Shown: piece after piece, positions 10,459 to 19,304 of the stretch
Position numbering within the stretch: the first letter of the stretch is position 1
Layout: every line of letters starts with the position of its first letter
From: Elusimicrobiota bacterium
Lineage (GTDB): Bacteria > Elusimicrobiota > Elusimicrobia > UBA1565 > UBA9628
DNA: 64,000 nt
Direction: 5' to 3'
NCBI GenBank assembly: GCA_036676805.1
Contig: JAKFCD010000056.1
Location: forward strand, 2,966-66,965
The notes under the pieces: generated by a model
The model's database searches: none
The model's input: the letters and a program-made list of their open reading frames with translations, nothing else
What the model was told of the DNA's origin: nothing
Made by a program: the position numbers and the translations under genes

Positions 10459-11655
10459 GTGAAGCGAGTGTTCTGCGCCGCCGTTTTTATACTTCTATCC
10501 ATACCGAGTCATGCCATCTTCGTGCGCTCGCTGATGGACCGGACCGACACCGAGCCGTTGTTCGACTCCGAATATTTCCTTGACGTAAAATCCTTCGGCT
10601 GGTCCCGCGCCTGGGATGATGCTTGGTCCGCCTCGTCCGGAGGTTATCGCGTCAACGGCGCGAGCCTCGATTGCTGCGACCTGTACCTGGACCAGACCAT
10701 GCTGTTCACCCGCCGGCTCACGCCCGGGCTCGAATTCCGGTTCCGCTTCGTCGAGCTTTCCGACAAGGATCGCCAAGAGACTCACGCCTGGCTCGAGTTC
10801 GAGAAGGACCTCGGGGCGGGTTGGTCGGCCGAGCTCTTCGGCGAGCCCATGTACCGCAAGGAGAACGCGGACATCGGCTTCGGGGCGCGGTGGCGGCGCG
10901 GGGGCTGGGAGGCGCGGGCGCGGCGGCTGATCGTGGACTGGAACCTCAACGCGCGCGGCAGCACGACCGAGAGCTACACCCTTTTTCCCTACACCGACGA
11001 GGTCTCCGTGCGCGCTCCGCTGGGCGCCTGGAGCCTGACCTTGTCGGCCGACCTCGACGAGCCGACGCGGCGGGAGGTGCCCGACGAGCGGCGCGCGTTC
11101 TTCTACCGCCGCGCGCGCGCCTCGGCGCAGGCCGGCACGGCGGAGGGCTGGGCGCCCTTGCTGCGCTATTCCTTCGAGACGCAGACCAAGATCAACAGCG
11201 TCGGCCCCGGCGGAACCGGAATCTCGGAGGAGGCGCGGCGGAAGGTGCACGAGCTCTCCGCCTCGGCGCGCGTGCGGCCGGGGCCCGACGACGAGCTCGA
11301 GCCGGGGGCCGCCTTCCTCCTGCGCGCCGCGCGCACCGACCTGCCGGGCGCGCCTTCCGCCGGGACGTTTTACCGGCGTTGGGAAATACAGCCCTATCTT
11401 CGCTGGCGCCGCGGCCTGAACGCGCGCCTGACCTCCGAGTTGTCCCCCTCGTTCACGCTCGGAGAGAACCGCGTTCGTCATCCCGGCGGCTCCGGGCCCG
11501 AGCGCTACGACACCGTGGGCGAGGCCAAGCTCGGCGCGTCGCTCGAGGTGAAGTTCGGGACGGCGGGGCTGCTGACCTTCGGCGGGGTGCTCGACGTGGA
11601 TAAGCCGGGCAAGGCCTGGGACGGCGGCAGCGTCAAGGCGATGTTCCTCTTTTAG
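10459..11655 (+). CDS. Putative outer-membrane beta-barrel protein
   Basis: Signal-peptide-like start MKRVFCAAVFILLSIPSHA (GTG 10459), alternating beta-strand pattern, and C-terminal Phe (KAMFLF). Confidence 0.65.
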   Translation: MKRVFCAAVFILLSIPSHAIFVRSLMDRTDTEPLFDSEYFLDVKSFGWSRAWDDAWSASSGGYRVNGASLDCCDLYLDQTMLFTRRLTPGLEFRFRFVELSDKDRQETHAWLEFEKDLGAGWSAELFGEPMYRKENADIGFGARWRRGGWEARARRLIVDWNLNARGSTTESYTLFPYTDEVSVRAPLGAWSLTLSADLDEPTRREVPDERRAFFYRRARASAQAGTAEGWAPLLRYSFETQTKINSVGPGGTGISEEARRKVHELSASARVRPGPDDELEPGAAFLLRAARTDLPGAPSAGTFYRRWEIQPYLRWRRGLNARLTSELSPSFTLGENRVRHPGGSGPERYDTVGEAKLGASLEVKFGTAGLLTFGGVLDVDKPGKAWDGGSVKAMFLF

Positions 11656-11692
11656 AAAAGAGACGGCCGGACCTCGAGGGAGATCCGGCCGT
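11655..11692 (-). terminator. Intrinsic terminator downstream of tRNA-Ser (possibly bidirectional)
   Basis: 9-bp stem ACGGCCGGA/TCCGGCCGT (11663-11671/11684-11692) followed on the minus strand by CTCTTTTCT. Confidence 0.7.
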
Positions 11693-11703
11693 ATTGAGAA
11701 CTT

Positions 11704-11793
11704 CGGAGAGGGAGGGATTCGAACCCTCGGTACAGCTTTACGCCGTACAACGGTTTAGCAAACCGTCGGTTTCAGCCGCTCACCCACCTCTCC
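11704..11793 (-). tRNA. tRNA-Ser (anticodon GCT)
   Basis: Minus strand GGAGAGGTGGGTGAGCGGCTGAAACCGACGGTTTGCTAAACCGTTGTACGGCGTAAAGCTGTACCGAGGGTTCGAATCCCTCCCTCTCCG. It has the acceptor stem, a GCT anticodon loop, a long variable arm and a TTCGAAT T-loop. CCA is not encoded. Confidence 0.97.
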
Positions 11794-11805
11794 ACTATCT
11801 TGATA

Positions 11806-11891
11806 ATCGTTTAGTTTAAACGATCATTCTTAAATCGGGACATCCACGTCAAAAACAGTTTCCGGACAATAGTGTGCGGAAAAGTGTGCGG
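11806..11891. repeat. Candidate attachment-site architecture (core-like palindrome plus tandem arm-like repeats)
   Basis: Inverted repeat ATCGTTTA-GTT-TAAACGAT (11806-11824) and direct repeat AGTGTGCGG x2 (11871-11879, 11883-11891), where the sequence becomes AT-richer. Confidence 0.45.
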
Positions 11892-12204
11892 TTTCAATAT
11901 CGAGGTCGAGCGCTGCGGATGCCAGAGCTGATTCTAGCACAAATATCCAAACCGGATTTTGAGTTGCGAAAGATATTACCCCATGACGTCCGCGTGTAAG
12001 CCAGAAGCTCAAACCCTTCGCTACAACGACTCCCCCGTCAAGAAATCGACCTCATCGTCGCTGTCTAAACCAGGCCGGCGCAACACTAGTTCAACGCCGC
12101 ATGCCTGTCCGTCGTCGACGCTATCAGAACTTGGACTCGGATCGATGCAGGCATCCCCGTCCTCGCCTTCCATCGTGGCCGGGACGCCTTCGACAGCCCG
12201 CAAC

Positions 12205-13155
12205 CTACTCCGCGAGCTCCTTCAACCCCTCGGGCTCTTGGCCGCGACGCCGCTGAACCTGCTTCTCGTCCGCCTGCATGACCCGCCTAATTCGCGTCTG
12301 TAGGTCATCGATCCGCTGAAGCAGAGGCTGCGCGACCTCATTGAAGTAGTGCTCCAGGTAGTCGCGCGTCGAGTCTAGGGCGTAAAGCGCCACTGGACCG
12401 AAGTCCCTCTCGTCCGTGGGAGAGAACGCGGTCTTGACCTTGAACCCCTCCTCGCCCTCGGCCGGGGCTTCAAGATGCTGGGTCACCAGGTCGACCCACG
12501 TGCCGTGCACGGCGTGCGAGGGGTATCGCTGGAGCGCCGAGTAGGCGTACTCCGGCAGGCCGAGCTCCGTAATGTTCTGGCGCATCCCCCCGCCCCAGCC
12601 GCCGTTTGGAGGAACGTCGTCGATCCGGAGACCGGAGGCTGCGCACATCCCCATCGTCATCTCCAGCATGCGCTCCTCGATCGGCTCGGACTTTCCGCCT
12701 CGCGCCTTGATGTTCTCCGTAATTTTGTCGAACGCCTCGCGCTGTGGACCGAGCCCGCTGCGGATGAAGGCGTCGTACAACGCATTGTCGTTCTTGTGGA
12801 TGAGGTACCGTAGGTTGGTGGCGGACTCCAGGATGCACCGGGAGAGCGCCGTCACGACCTCGCGGCGGTCCTCCTCTAAGGTCAGTTGGGCGATTGCGAT
12901 CATGAACTTGGTGATGCGGACAAGTAGGCCGGCGCAGATGGCCTGATTGCGAGGAAGCCGTCCGGTCGACGCGACTGCGCACGAGGACACGCAGATCACC
13001 GCGCCGGCCTCGCGATAGAGGCCATGGGCAAGGATGGTGAACTCCTGCTCCTCTTTGCAGGCCGCAACAGCCTTCTCGGACGCGTCAACGAATGGCGTAG
13101 GAAGCAGGGAGTCCAGGTCGTCCGTAATGCCGGGGGCGGGAAGCTCTCCGGTCAT
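12205..13155 (-). CDS. DUF5677-like (HEPN-like) protein
   Basis: LSRCILESATNLRYL and YSALQRYPSHAVHGTW patterns. Start placed at ATG 13155, directly after the upstream stop (13157-13159). Confidence 0.6.
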   Translation of the reverse strand: MTGELPAPGITDDLDSLLPTPFVDASEKAVAACKEEQEFTILAHGLYREAGAVICVSSCAVASTGRLPRNQAICAGLLVRITKFMIAIAQLTLEEDRREVVTALSRCILESATNLRYLIHKNDNALYDAFIRSGLGPQREAFDKITENIKARGGKSEPIEERMLEMTMGMCAASGLRIDDVPPNGGWGGGMRQNITELGLPEYAYSALQRYPSHAVHGTWVDLVTQHLEAPAEGEEGFKVKTAFSPTDERDFGPVALYALDSTRDYLEHYFNEVAQPLLQRIDDLQTRIRRVMQADEKQVQRRRGQEPEGLKELAE

Positions 13156-13156
13156 C

Positions 13157-13879
13157 TTAGCCCTCAACCTGGTCCAGGCGGCGAGCAACATCCGGCAGAA
13201 CGTGGAGATAAATCGCATCAAAACCGCCTCCCTGCGTTGAGAGGGCGCCGGCGTTCTTGATCATGCCCGAGCCCCAGGTCCGGTCCACCACCACCAGCAG
13301 GACGATCCTGGCGGTGGATCGCCGGTACGCGTCGAGCCGTCGCCTCTTGGGCTCGACTACGGCCTCAAGGGCCGCTCCGGAAACGCAGGTCACCCATGCC
13401 ATGCGGTCAGAGGCAATCTGCCACCTCTTGTAGCCCGGGACCTCGGCGGGCAGTCGTAGCAGATGAACGACGATGTCGTCGTCCAACTCCAGCCTCTTGG
13501 ACTCCATCGGCTTGAGCTGCCCGACGGCAACGGCCATCGCCTCGGCGGTTCTACTCAATGCGGACTCGTTGAACCGGACAAACTTGGCGTGCACCGGCAC
13601 GTCGGTGATGCCGTAGTACGCGTCCGCGAGCTTGGCCAACTTCCCGATGTGCCGCATCTCCTGCTCTTTTAGAGGACTAGCCGCCATGCCGTCTTGCCGG
13701 TCCACGAAGAGCTGGGTGATCTCGACGCCGACGACGCCTTCGGGCGTCATCACGAAGAAATCGGGCTCGTCCTGGTCGTCCCCGGCACGCTCCACGGACC
13801 AGGGCAGGCCCATCGCCTTGATGAAGGACTCCAGCTGGAATTGCTCTACCTCTTTCTTGCGCCGCCGTTGAGGGTTCAA
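13157..13879 (-). CDS. PD-(D/E)xK-superfamily nuclease-like protein
   Basis: EPDFFV...VGVEITQ catalytic-like motif; defence-island context. Confidence 0.65.
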   Translation of the reverse strand: MNPQRRRKKEVEQFQLESFIKAMGLPWSVERAGDDQDEPDFFVMTPEGVVGVEITQLFVDRQDGMAASPLKEQEMRHIGKLAKLADAYYGITDVPVHAKFVRFNESALSRTAEAMAVAVGQLKPMESKRLELDDDIVVHLLRLPAEVPGYKRWQIASDRMAWVTCVSGAALEAVVEPKRRRLDAYRRSTARIVLLVVVDRTWGSGMIKNAGALSTQGGGFDAIYLHVLPDVARRLDQVEG

Positions 13880-13891
13880 CCTTCTCTCCGG

Positions 13892-14067
13892 TCACTCAGG
13901 CCATAGGTTCTTGGGCTTCTTCGCCTCGATTTTGTCCTCCCGGTCGTCGGGCAGGTCCGCCAGGAAGTCTAACCCCGTCACCCGCTCGATCGCCTTCATC
14001 TCGGTGATGAAGGTCGGCAGTTGGTCACGAGGTTCGCCAAGGTGATGTGCGCGTAGGTGTCGGCCAT
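13892..14067 (-). pseudogene. Remnant: C-terminus of a DNA/RNA non-specific endonuclease fused out of frame to a short gene start
   Basis: Minus frame GEPRDQLPTFITEMKAIERVTGLDFLADLPDDREDKIEAKKPKNLWPE* (stop 13892-13894) matches the IE..TGLDF..LPD..E..IE tail of NucA/EndA-type nucleases. The frame has no start. An ATG at 14067, preceded by TATAAT, is in another frame. Confidence 0.7.
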
Positions 14068-14109
14068 GGTTTCATTATACCCCCACTGGCGTACATTTTG
14101 TCGACGAGA

Positions 14110-14144
14110 AAATGTGACATTTCCGTGCTTGACCGGCGTCAAGC
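14110..14144. promoter_or_regulatory. Two palindromes in the divergent promoter region of the defence island
   Basis: AAATGT-G-ACATTT (14110-14122) and GCTTGAC-CGGC-GTCAAGC (14127-14144). Confidence 0.35.
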
Positions 14145-14272
14145 GACGGGGTTGACGTCCATCATTTGCCAAAAGTGGCGTTTGCAGTACCATTTAATCC
14201 TGCGTAGTGCCGGTGCCGTCTCCCTCGACCACACCCCCACCCGCTGATGTCGGACCCGAGAGGAGTTTCAAA

Positions 14273-16531
14273 GTGGCAAAAGATAAGGCACCAGAACCGA
14301 TCACCCCGAAGGACCCAAGTCAGGAACTTCTTCTCGCGGCTCAGGACTGGCCGGACTGGCAGCGCGACGCTCTTCGGCGCATCGCCGAGCAGGGCGCCCT
14401 CCGTGATGAGGACCGCGCGGACATGCTCAACGCCATCAAGGCCAAGCACGATCTCCCGGCTACGCCGCCGCCCGCCGCGAAGCCCTTGGGAGCCGAGCAT
14501 CTCACGAACACGACGGCCAACCAGCCTCGGCTGGTCATCGAGTCGTTGAGCGACGCGCAGAACGTCAACTCCCTCAAGCCGGGCGAGAAGTTGGACTTCA
14601 TCCCGGACGGGATCACCCTGATCTATGGGGCGAACGGCAGCGGCAAGTCCGGCTACACGCGCATCTTCAAGAAAGCCTGCGCCGCGCGCAAGGCTGAAGA
14701 CATCCTGGCCAACGTTTTCGACCCCAACTACAAAGCCAAACCCGCCGCAACGGCCAAGTTTAGCATCTTGGAGAAAACCGCTGCCGCTGAGGCCAAGGAG
14801 GAGCTGACGTGGGCCGCGAACACGGATTGTCCGGCAAAGCTCCGGCAGGTCCGCGTCTTCGACCGCAAGGCCGCCGCGATCTACGTCGAGGAAAACGCCG
14901 CTCTCGCCTACGTCCCTTACAACCTGGACTTGCTCGACAAGCTCGCCGACGCCTGCGATCGAAGCCTCAAGGCATCCTTGCAGACGGAGGCCACCGCCGC
15001 CGATACCGAGTTCTCTACGCTGAGCACGAGCGTCCTGAACAAGGGCAACGCGCAGACCATCGCCCGCACGATCACCGCCACGACCACTCAGTCGTCGATC
15101 GACGCACAGGCCAAGTGGGACCAGGCGGATGAAGCTAAGCTCGTCGAGGTGACCGAACTGCTCGACAGCCCGGGCAAGGCGATCGCCGAGGTGCGGGCCA
15201 AGAAAACCCGCTGCGACAGCTTGCTCGGTCGTATCAGCCGCATCGAGACCGCCCTCTCGCAGGCGAAGGTCGACGAATTGGCGCAGTTGAACGCGCAGGC
15301 TCGCGACACCCAGACGGCTGCGGCGGCAACGTCCAAAACTTCGTTTGCAGCCGACACAAACCTTCTTCCTGGTGTCGGCGGCGGACCCTGGCGCGCGCTT
15401 TGGGACGCGGCTCGTCAATACTCAACGCAGGCAGCCTATCCCGGCGCCGACTTCCCTGTTGTTATCGAGTCGATTGGGAAGGAGCCCCACTGCATCCTCT
15501 GCCACCAACCCCTCTCGAAGGATGCCTGCGACCGGCTCCAAGGATTCGAGCAGTTCGTGCGCGGCGATGTCGCAAACCAAGCCGTCCAGGCCCAGACCAA
15601 GCTCGTCCAGGCCGTCAAGGCTATGGATGCCGTGTCACCGCTGCTGACCAGCGACGACCAGGCTCTTCTTACCGAGTTGCAGACGGATGCCCCCGAGATC
15701 GCGGCCAAGATTCCGAAATTCTTCGCCGAGGCCACGACGAGGAAGAACGACATCGTCACCTCCGAGGCCCTCGGGCTCTTCGCGGGCCTCGCGGCCGAGC
15801 CCGCCGCCTGCTCCCCGGACCTGAAGAAATACGTCGAGGCCCTGGACGCGAAGATCAAAGAATTGGAAGGTTCCTTCACCGTCGAACGCAAGGCGGCCCT
15901 GAAGCAGGAGCTGACCGACCTCTTGACCAGGAAGACCCTCTCCGAGCACAAGGCGACGCTGGTCAAGCTGATCGCGAACCGGCTTTTGAAGAAGAAGCTC
16001 GATGAGTGCATAAAAGATGTGGGCACGCGGGCGATCACCGAGGCCAAGAAGAAGCTAAACCGGCTCTTCGTCGACGATCGCTTCAAGTCGACCCTGCAAG
16101 AGGAACTGGACGCCATCGGCGTCACGCGCAAGGTGACGCTGGACTTCAGCATCAAGAGCGGCCTCGCCTACCAGCGAACCGTCTTCGGGGACTCGGCGTT
16201 CCCCAATCTTGACCTCGTGCTGAGCGAGGGCGAGCACCGGGCCGTCGCCATCGCTTGCTTCCTGGCCGAGGCGAGGATGCTCGGCGACAACCATCCCCTC
16301 GTGGTGGACGACCCGGTCTCTTCGCTCGATCACATCAGGCGCCAGAAGGTCACACGGCGCCTCATCGCGGAGGCCCTGAAACGTCAGGTCGTGATCTTCA
16401 CGCATGACATGGTCTTCTGGGCCGAGGTGGTCAGGATCGCCCAAGAAGCGCACGTCCGGGTCCAAGTGCGCGACATCAGGCCCGAGGGCGAACTGTGCGG
16501 CAAAGTCGGCGACGGCGATACGCCGTGGTAA
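14273..16531 (+). CDS. RloC/Rad50-like ABC-ATPase (AAA_13 type) with zinc hook; N-terminal part of a split gene
   Basis: Walker A GANGSGKSG, hook HCILCHQPL, signature LSEGEHRAVAIACFLAE, Walker B VVDDPVSSLDH. GTG 14273 follows AGGAG. Ends at TAA 16529-16531. Confidence 0.85.
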   Translation: MAKDKAPEPITPKDPSQELLLAAQDWPDWQRDALRRIAEQGALRDEDRADMLNAIKAKHDLPATPPPAAKPLGAEHLTNTTANQPRLVIESLSDAQNVNSLKPGEKLDFIPDGITLIYGANGSGKSGYTRIFKKACAARKAEDILANVFDPNYKAKPAATAKFSILEKTAAAEAKEELTWAANTDCPAKLRQVRVFDRKAAAIYVEENAALAYVPYNLDLLDKLADACDRSLKASLQTEATAADTEFSTLSTSVLNKGNAQTIARTITATTTQSSIDAQAKWDQADEAKLVEVTELLDSPGKAIAEVRAKKTRCDSLLGRISRIETALSQAKVDELAQLNAQARDTQTAAAATSKTSFAADTNLLPGVGGGPWRALWDAARQYSTQAAYPGADFPVVIESIGKEPHCILCHQPLSKDACDRLQGFEQFVRGDVANQAVQAQTKLVQAVKAMDAVSPLLTSDDQALLTELQTDAPEIAAKIPKFFAEATTRKNDIVTSEALGLFAGLAAEPAACSPDLKKYVEALDAKIKELEGSFTVERKAALKQELTDLLTRKTLSEHKATLVKLIANRLLKKKLDECIKDVGTRAITEAKKKLNRLFVDDRFKSTLQEELDAIGVTRKVTLDFSIKSGLAYQRTVFGDSAFPNLDLVLSEGEHRAVAIACFLAEARMLGDNHPLVVDDPVSSLDHIRRQKVTRRLIAEALKRQVVIFTHDMVFWAEVVRIAQEAHVRVQVRDIRPEGELCGKVGDGDTPW

Positions 16532-16540
16532 AACCTTACC

Positions 16541-17068
16541 GTGCCGCAGAAGCTCCAATATCTGGAGGGAAAGCGCCTACCCGCTCTCAAGGCCCTGGAC
16601 CCGAACACCCAGGAATACGCTGATGGAGCCAGGGCTGTCGGCGAACGCTTACGGGAGACGTGGGAACGCCTTGTCGAAGAGAACCTGTTGCAGGCGACGG
16701 TGATGCGTCTGCGGCCCAGCGTCGAAACCAAGAACCTCGACCAGGTTCGGGTGTTGGACGAGGACTGGGAACGGGTCCATCACGGCATGACGCGGATGAA
16801 CGTATGGTCGCACGACACCGCTCGCGCGACCGGGGCCCCGCCGCCGTCCACGGACGACTTGAAGAAGGAGATCGACGAGATTCGCTCTCTGGCCGACAAG
16901 CTGAAGAAGGACGCCGACAAGGTCCGCAAGGACCGCACCGCCCGCCTCAAGAACCCCAGCATCCCTAGCGTCGTAGGCGTCGAGGGCGGCGTAGGCCTCG
17001 TGACCGCCGTGGTCCCTGTGGAGGGCGCTGCGGCGCCGGTCAATGGCGCCGCCGAGGCGGTGAAGTAA
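16541..17068 (+). CDS. HEPN-like nuclease domain; in-frame continuation of the upstream ATPase
   Basis: Same reading frame as 14273..16531, separated only by TAA-AAC-CTT-ACC with no SD. R-x-N-x-x-S-H motif (TRMNVWSHD). Confidence 0.7.
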   Translation: MPQKLQYLEGKRLPALKALDPNTQEYADGARAVGERLRETWERLVEENLLQATVMRLRPSVETKNLDQVRVLDEDWERVHHGMTRMNVWSHDTARATGAPPPSTDDLKKEIDEIRSLADKLKKDADKVRKDRTARLKNPSIPSVVGVEGGVGLVTAVVPVEGAAAPVNGAAEAVK

Positions 17069-17072
17069 GCTC

Positions 17073-18116
17073 ATGTCCATGCAACGCCTAGAGGCGAAAA
17101 CCGTGCAGGACCGAAGCGACCTCCTCGAAGAGGTTTTCGTCACGTTCTTGAACCGAGCCGAACTCGTCGACGCCGAGCAGTTCGCGATCGACCACCAGGA
17201 CAAGATCGAAGCCTACGACTCGCTCCTGCGCGATGGGACACTGAACCAATCGGGCGGCAAGCTGGAATTCTCTTTCCGCAGCTACGTCAAGAGCAAGTTC
17301 TGGCCGAAGGACGAGGCCCTGCTCAATCGCCTGATCCCGACCATGAAGGAGATGTATTCGGGAAAGAAAGGCGCCTTGCACGAGGTGTCCGACTTCGTCG
17401 AGAAGCTCAAGGCCAAGGGCATGATCATGGTCAAGCCCATCGACATCGAGCGTGCGCTCCGCCTCTTCAGCCGCGTCGGCCTTCTCGGCGGCCACAACGA
17501 CGTGCAGGAGGACGGCGCGACGAGGATCAAGAGTTTCAGCATCTCGCAGTCCATCCTTCGGTGCAAGACGATCTCCGACCAGGTGAAGCACTACCTCGGC
17601 GCCGCGCAAGCGCTCTCTTCGGCGATGACGGTCGGCGCGGACATGACTGCAGCTCTGGCCCCAGCGAGGGACAACAAGAAGATATTCATTGTCCACGGCC
17701 ACGACGGCAAGGCGCGCGAGGCCGTGGCCCAGTTGATCAAGAAGCTCGACATGGAGCCGATCATCCTTCACGAGCAGGCCAACCAGGGCGACACGGTCAT
17801 CGAGAAGTTTGAGCGGAACTCCAACGTGGGCTTCGCGATCATCCTGATGACCTCGGACGATACCGGCAAGGCCCACTCGGAGGCGGTAGCCCGGCCCCGC
17901 GCCCGACAGAACGTGGTGTTCGAGTGGGGCTACTTCGTTGGCAAGCTCGGCCGCAAGCGCGTCTGCGCGCTCTACGAGCAGGGTATAGACCTCCCGTCCG
18001 ACCTCAATGGGATCGTCTACATCCCCTTGGATGCGACCGGTAACTGGCGCCTCGGACTCCTCAAGGAGTTGAAGGCGGCGGGCTACAGCGTCGATGCGAA
18101 TAAGCTGCTGGAATAG
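17073..18116 (+). CDS. TIR-like nucleotide-binding domain protein (CAP12/Pycsar-type TIR)
   Basis: KKIFIVHGHD, LHEQANQGDTVIEKFE, FAIILMTSDD and RARQNVVFEWGYFVGKLGR. Confidence 0.9.
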   Translation: MSMQRLEAKTVQDRSDLLEEVFVTFLNRAELVDAEQFAIDHQDKIEAYDSLLRDGTLNQSGGKLEFSFRSYVKSKFWPKDEALLNRLIPTMKEMYSGKKGALHEVSDFVEKLKAKGMIMVKPIDIERALRLFSRVGLLGGHNDVQEDGATRIKSFSISQSILRCKTISDQVKHYLGAAQALSSAMTVGADMTAALAPARDNKKIFIVHGHDGKAREAVAQLIKKLDMEPIILHEQANQGDTVIEKFERNSNVGFAIILMTSDDTGKAHSEAVARPRARQNVVFEWGYFVGKLGRKRVCALYEQGIDLPSDLNGIVYIPLDATGNWRLGLLKELKAAGYSVDANKLLE

Positions 18117-18198
18117 CCCGCCGGCGCTCGCGGCCTAAGCACTCGGGCGGCAGTTGCGGCTTGCGCCCGGCCTCACCGGATGGTGGACTGGTGCACAC

Positions 18199-18207
18199 TG
18201 CTATAAT
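18199..18207 (+). promoter_or_regulatory. Extended -10 promoter (TGnTATAAT)
   Basis: TGCTATAAT ending 38 nt upstream of ATG 18246. Confidence 0.5.
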
Positions 18208-18245
18208 TTGATCATGAGCGCGTTTACCTTGAGAGCCTGACGTCA

Positions 18246-19163
18246 ATGAGCCAACGAATTTCCCCCGCGGCTATCAACGCCCTCAAAGAGGCCTTGTGCT
18301 CGGTGTACTGGTACAAGAAGGAGCTCAGATCTTTCCTCAGCAACGCCCTACCTAACGTCTCACTATTGGGCAAGCTGAACTGGGACGATTACAAGCGCAA
18401 CATCGTCACCAGTCTGGTTGAAACGTTGGCGAGGACGGACGGTCATAAACACCTTCTCGTGCTCATCGAGGAAGTTTGTCGCATCGAGGATTTTTCCCAT
18501 ATTGAGCAGGTTGAGGATGGGAAGCGGAAGGCCGCAGCCGCCTCAAAGGCCGTTATTTCCCTACGGAAGCTCTGGCTGAATCACTCTGACGTCATCGCCT
18601 CTCGCGAACGCGCTGAGGCAGCCCGCGTCGCATCCGGCGCCCGTCTCCGGAAGAACGACGAAGTCGCGACCCGCCTCGGCGATCTCAACAAGAGGTTCAT
18701 GGCTCTCGTGACCTCAACCGACCCCCATCGCCGCGGCTACGAGCTCGAGATCATCCTCCGCGACCTTTTTGAACTTTTTGACTTGGACTCCAAGGCTTCC
18801 TTCAAGATCGAAGGCGATCAGGTTGACGGCGCCTTCGTGTTCGAGAGTACTGACTACCTGCTCGAGGCACGATGGCGTGCGGCCGCCGCCGATGCCAACG
18901 ACCTCGATGGTCTCGCGGGCAAGCTCCAACGGCGCCTCGACAATACCCTTGGATTGTTCATCTCCATGAATGGATTCTCCGACGGAGCGATCACTGCTCA
19001 CTCCGGCATGGGCCGTCGTACAATCATCTTGATGGCCGGTGCTGACCTCGTTGCCGTGCTCGAGGGGCACCTCACCTTACCCGCCCTCTTGGGCAGGAAG
19101 CGCCGCCATGCCGCGCATACGGGGCAAATCTTCCTGCCCGCAGCGGAAATCCTCCGCTCCTAG
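18246..19163 (+). CDS. Mrr-like restriction endonuclease
   Basis: RGYELE..L..LF, QVDGAFVFESTDYLLEARW and GLFISMNGFS, preceded by an N-terminal helical domain. Confidence 0.8.
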   Translation: MSQRISPAAINALKEALCSVYWYKKELRSFLSNALPNVSLLGKLNWDDYKRNIVTSLVETLARTDGHKHLLVLIEEVCRIEDFSHIEQVEDGKRKAAAASKAVISLRKLWLNHSDVIASRERAEAARVASGARLRKNDEVATRLGDLNKRFMALVTSTDPHRRGYELEIILRDLFELFDLDSKASFKIEGDQVDGAFVFESTDYLLEARWRAAAADANDLDGLAGKLQRRLDNTLGLFISMNGFSDGAITAHSGMGRRTIILMAGADLVAVLEGHLTLPALLGRKRRHAAHTGQIFLPAAEILRS

Positions 19164-19304
19164 CGGCTGTCGGAATACAACCGATTAACGACTGACGAAT
19201 CTCACGGTAGTGAGCCCCAGGATAACGGTTATTCAAAAATATCAGGCGAGACGGCGCGGCGCTTTGACCTTGGCTCCGGTGCCGGAATGGTGGCGCTGAG
19301 AGGG

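Noticed and set aside
11830-12303. Short ORFs 11830..12012, 11959..12303 and 12021..12203
   Set aside because: No SD, motifs or coherent composition; probably non-coding element end.
14040-14070. TMADTYAH resembling an integrase catalytic-Tyr motif
   Set aside because: No upstream GH at the right spacing and no other integrase motifs; better explained as a gene start after a -10 box.
16529-16531. Recoding (selenocysteine, pyrrolysine or alternative genetic code) at the RloC-like internal stop
   Set aside because: The codon is TAA, which those systems do not recode, and TAA, TAG and TGA all end ordinary genes in this window.
19170-19300. Possible second att site downstream of the integrase (ATAAC-G-GTTAT)
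   Set aside because: Only a 5-bp-arm palindrome with no matching repeat elsewhere in the window.
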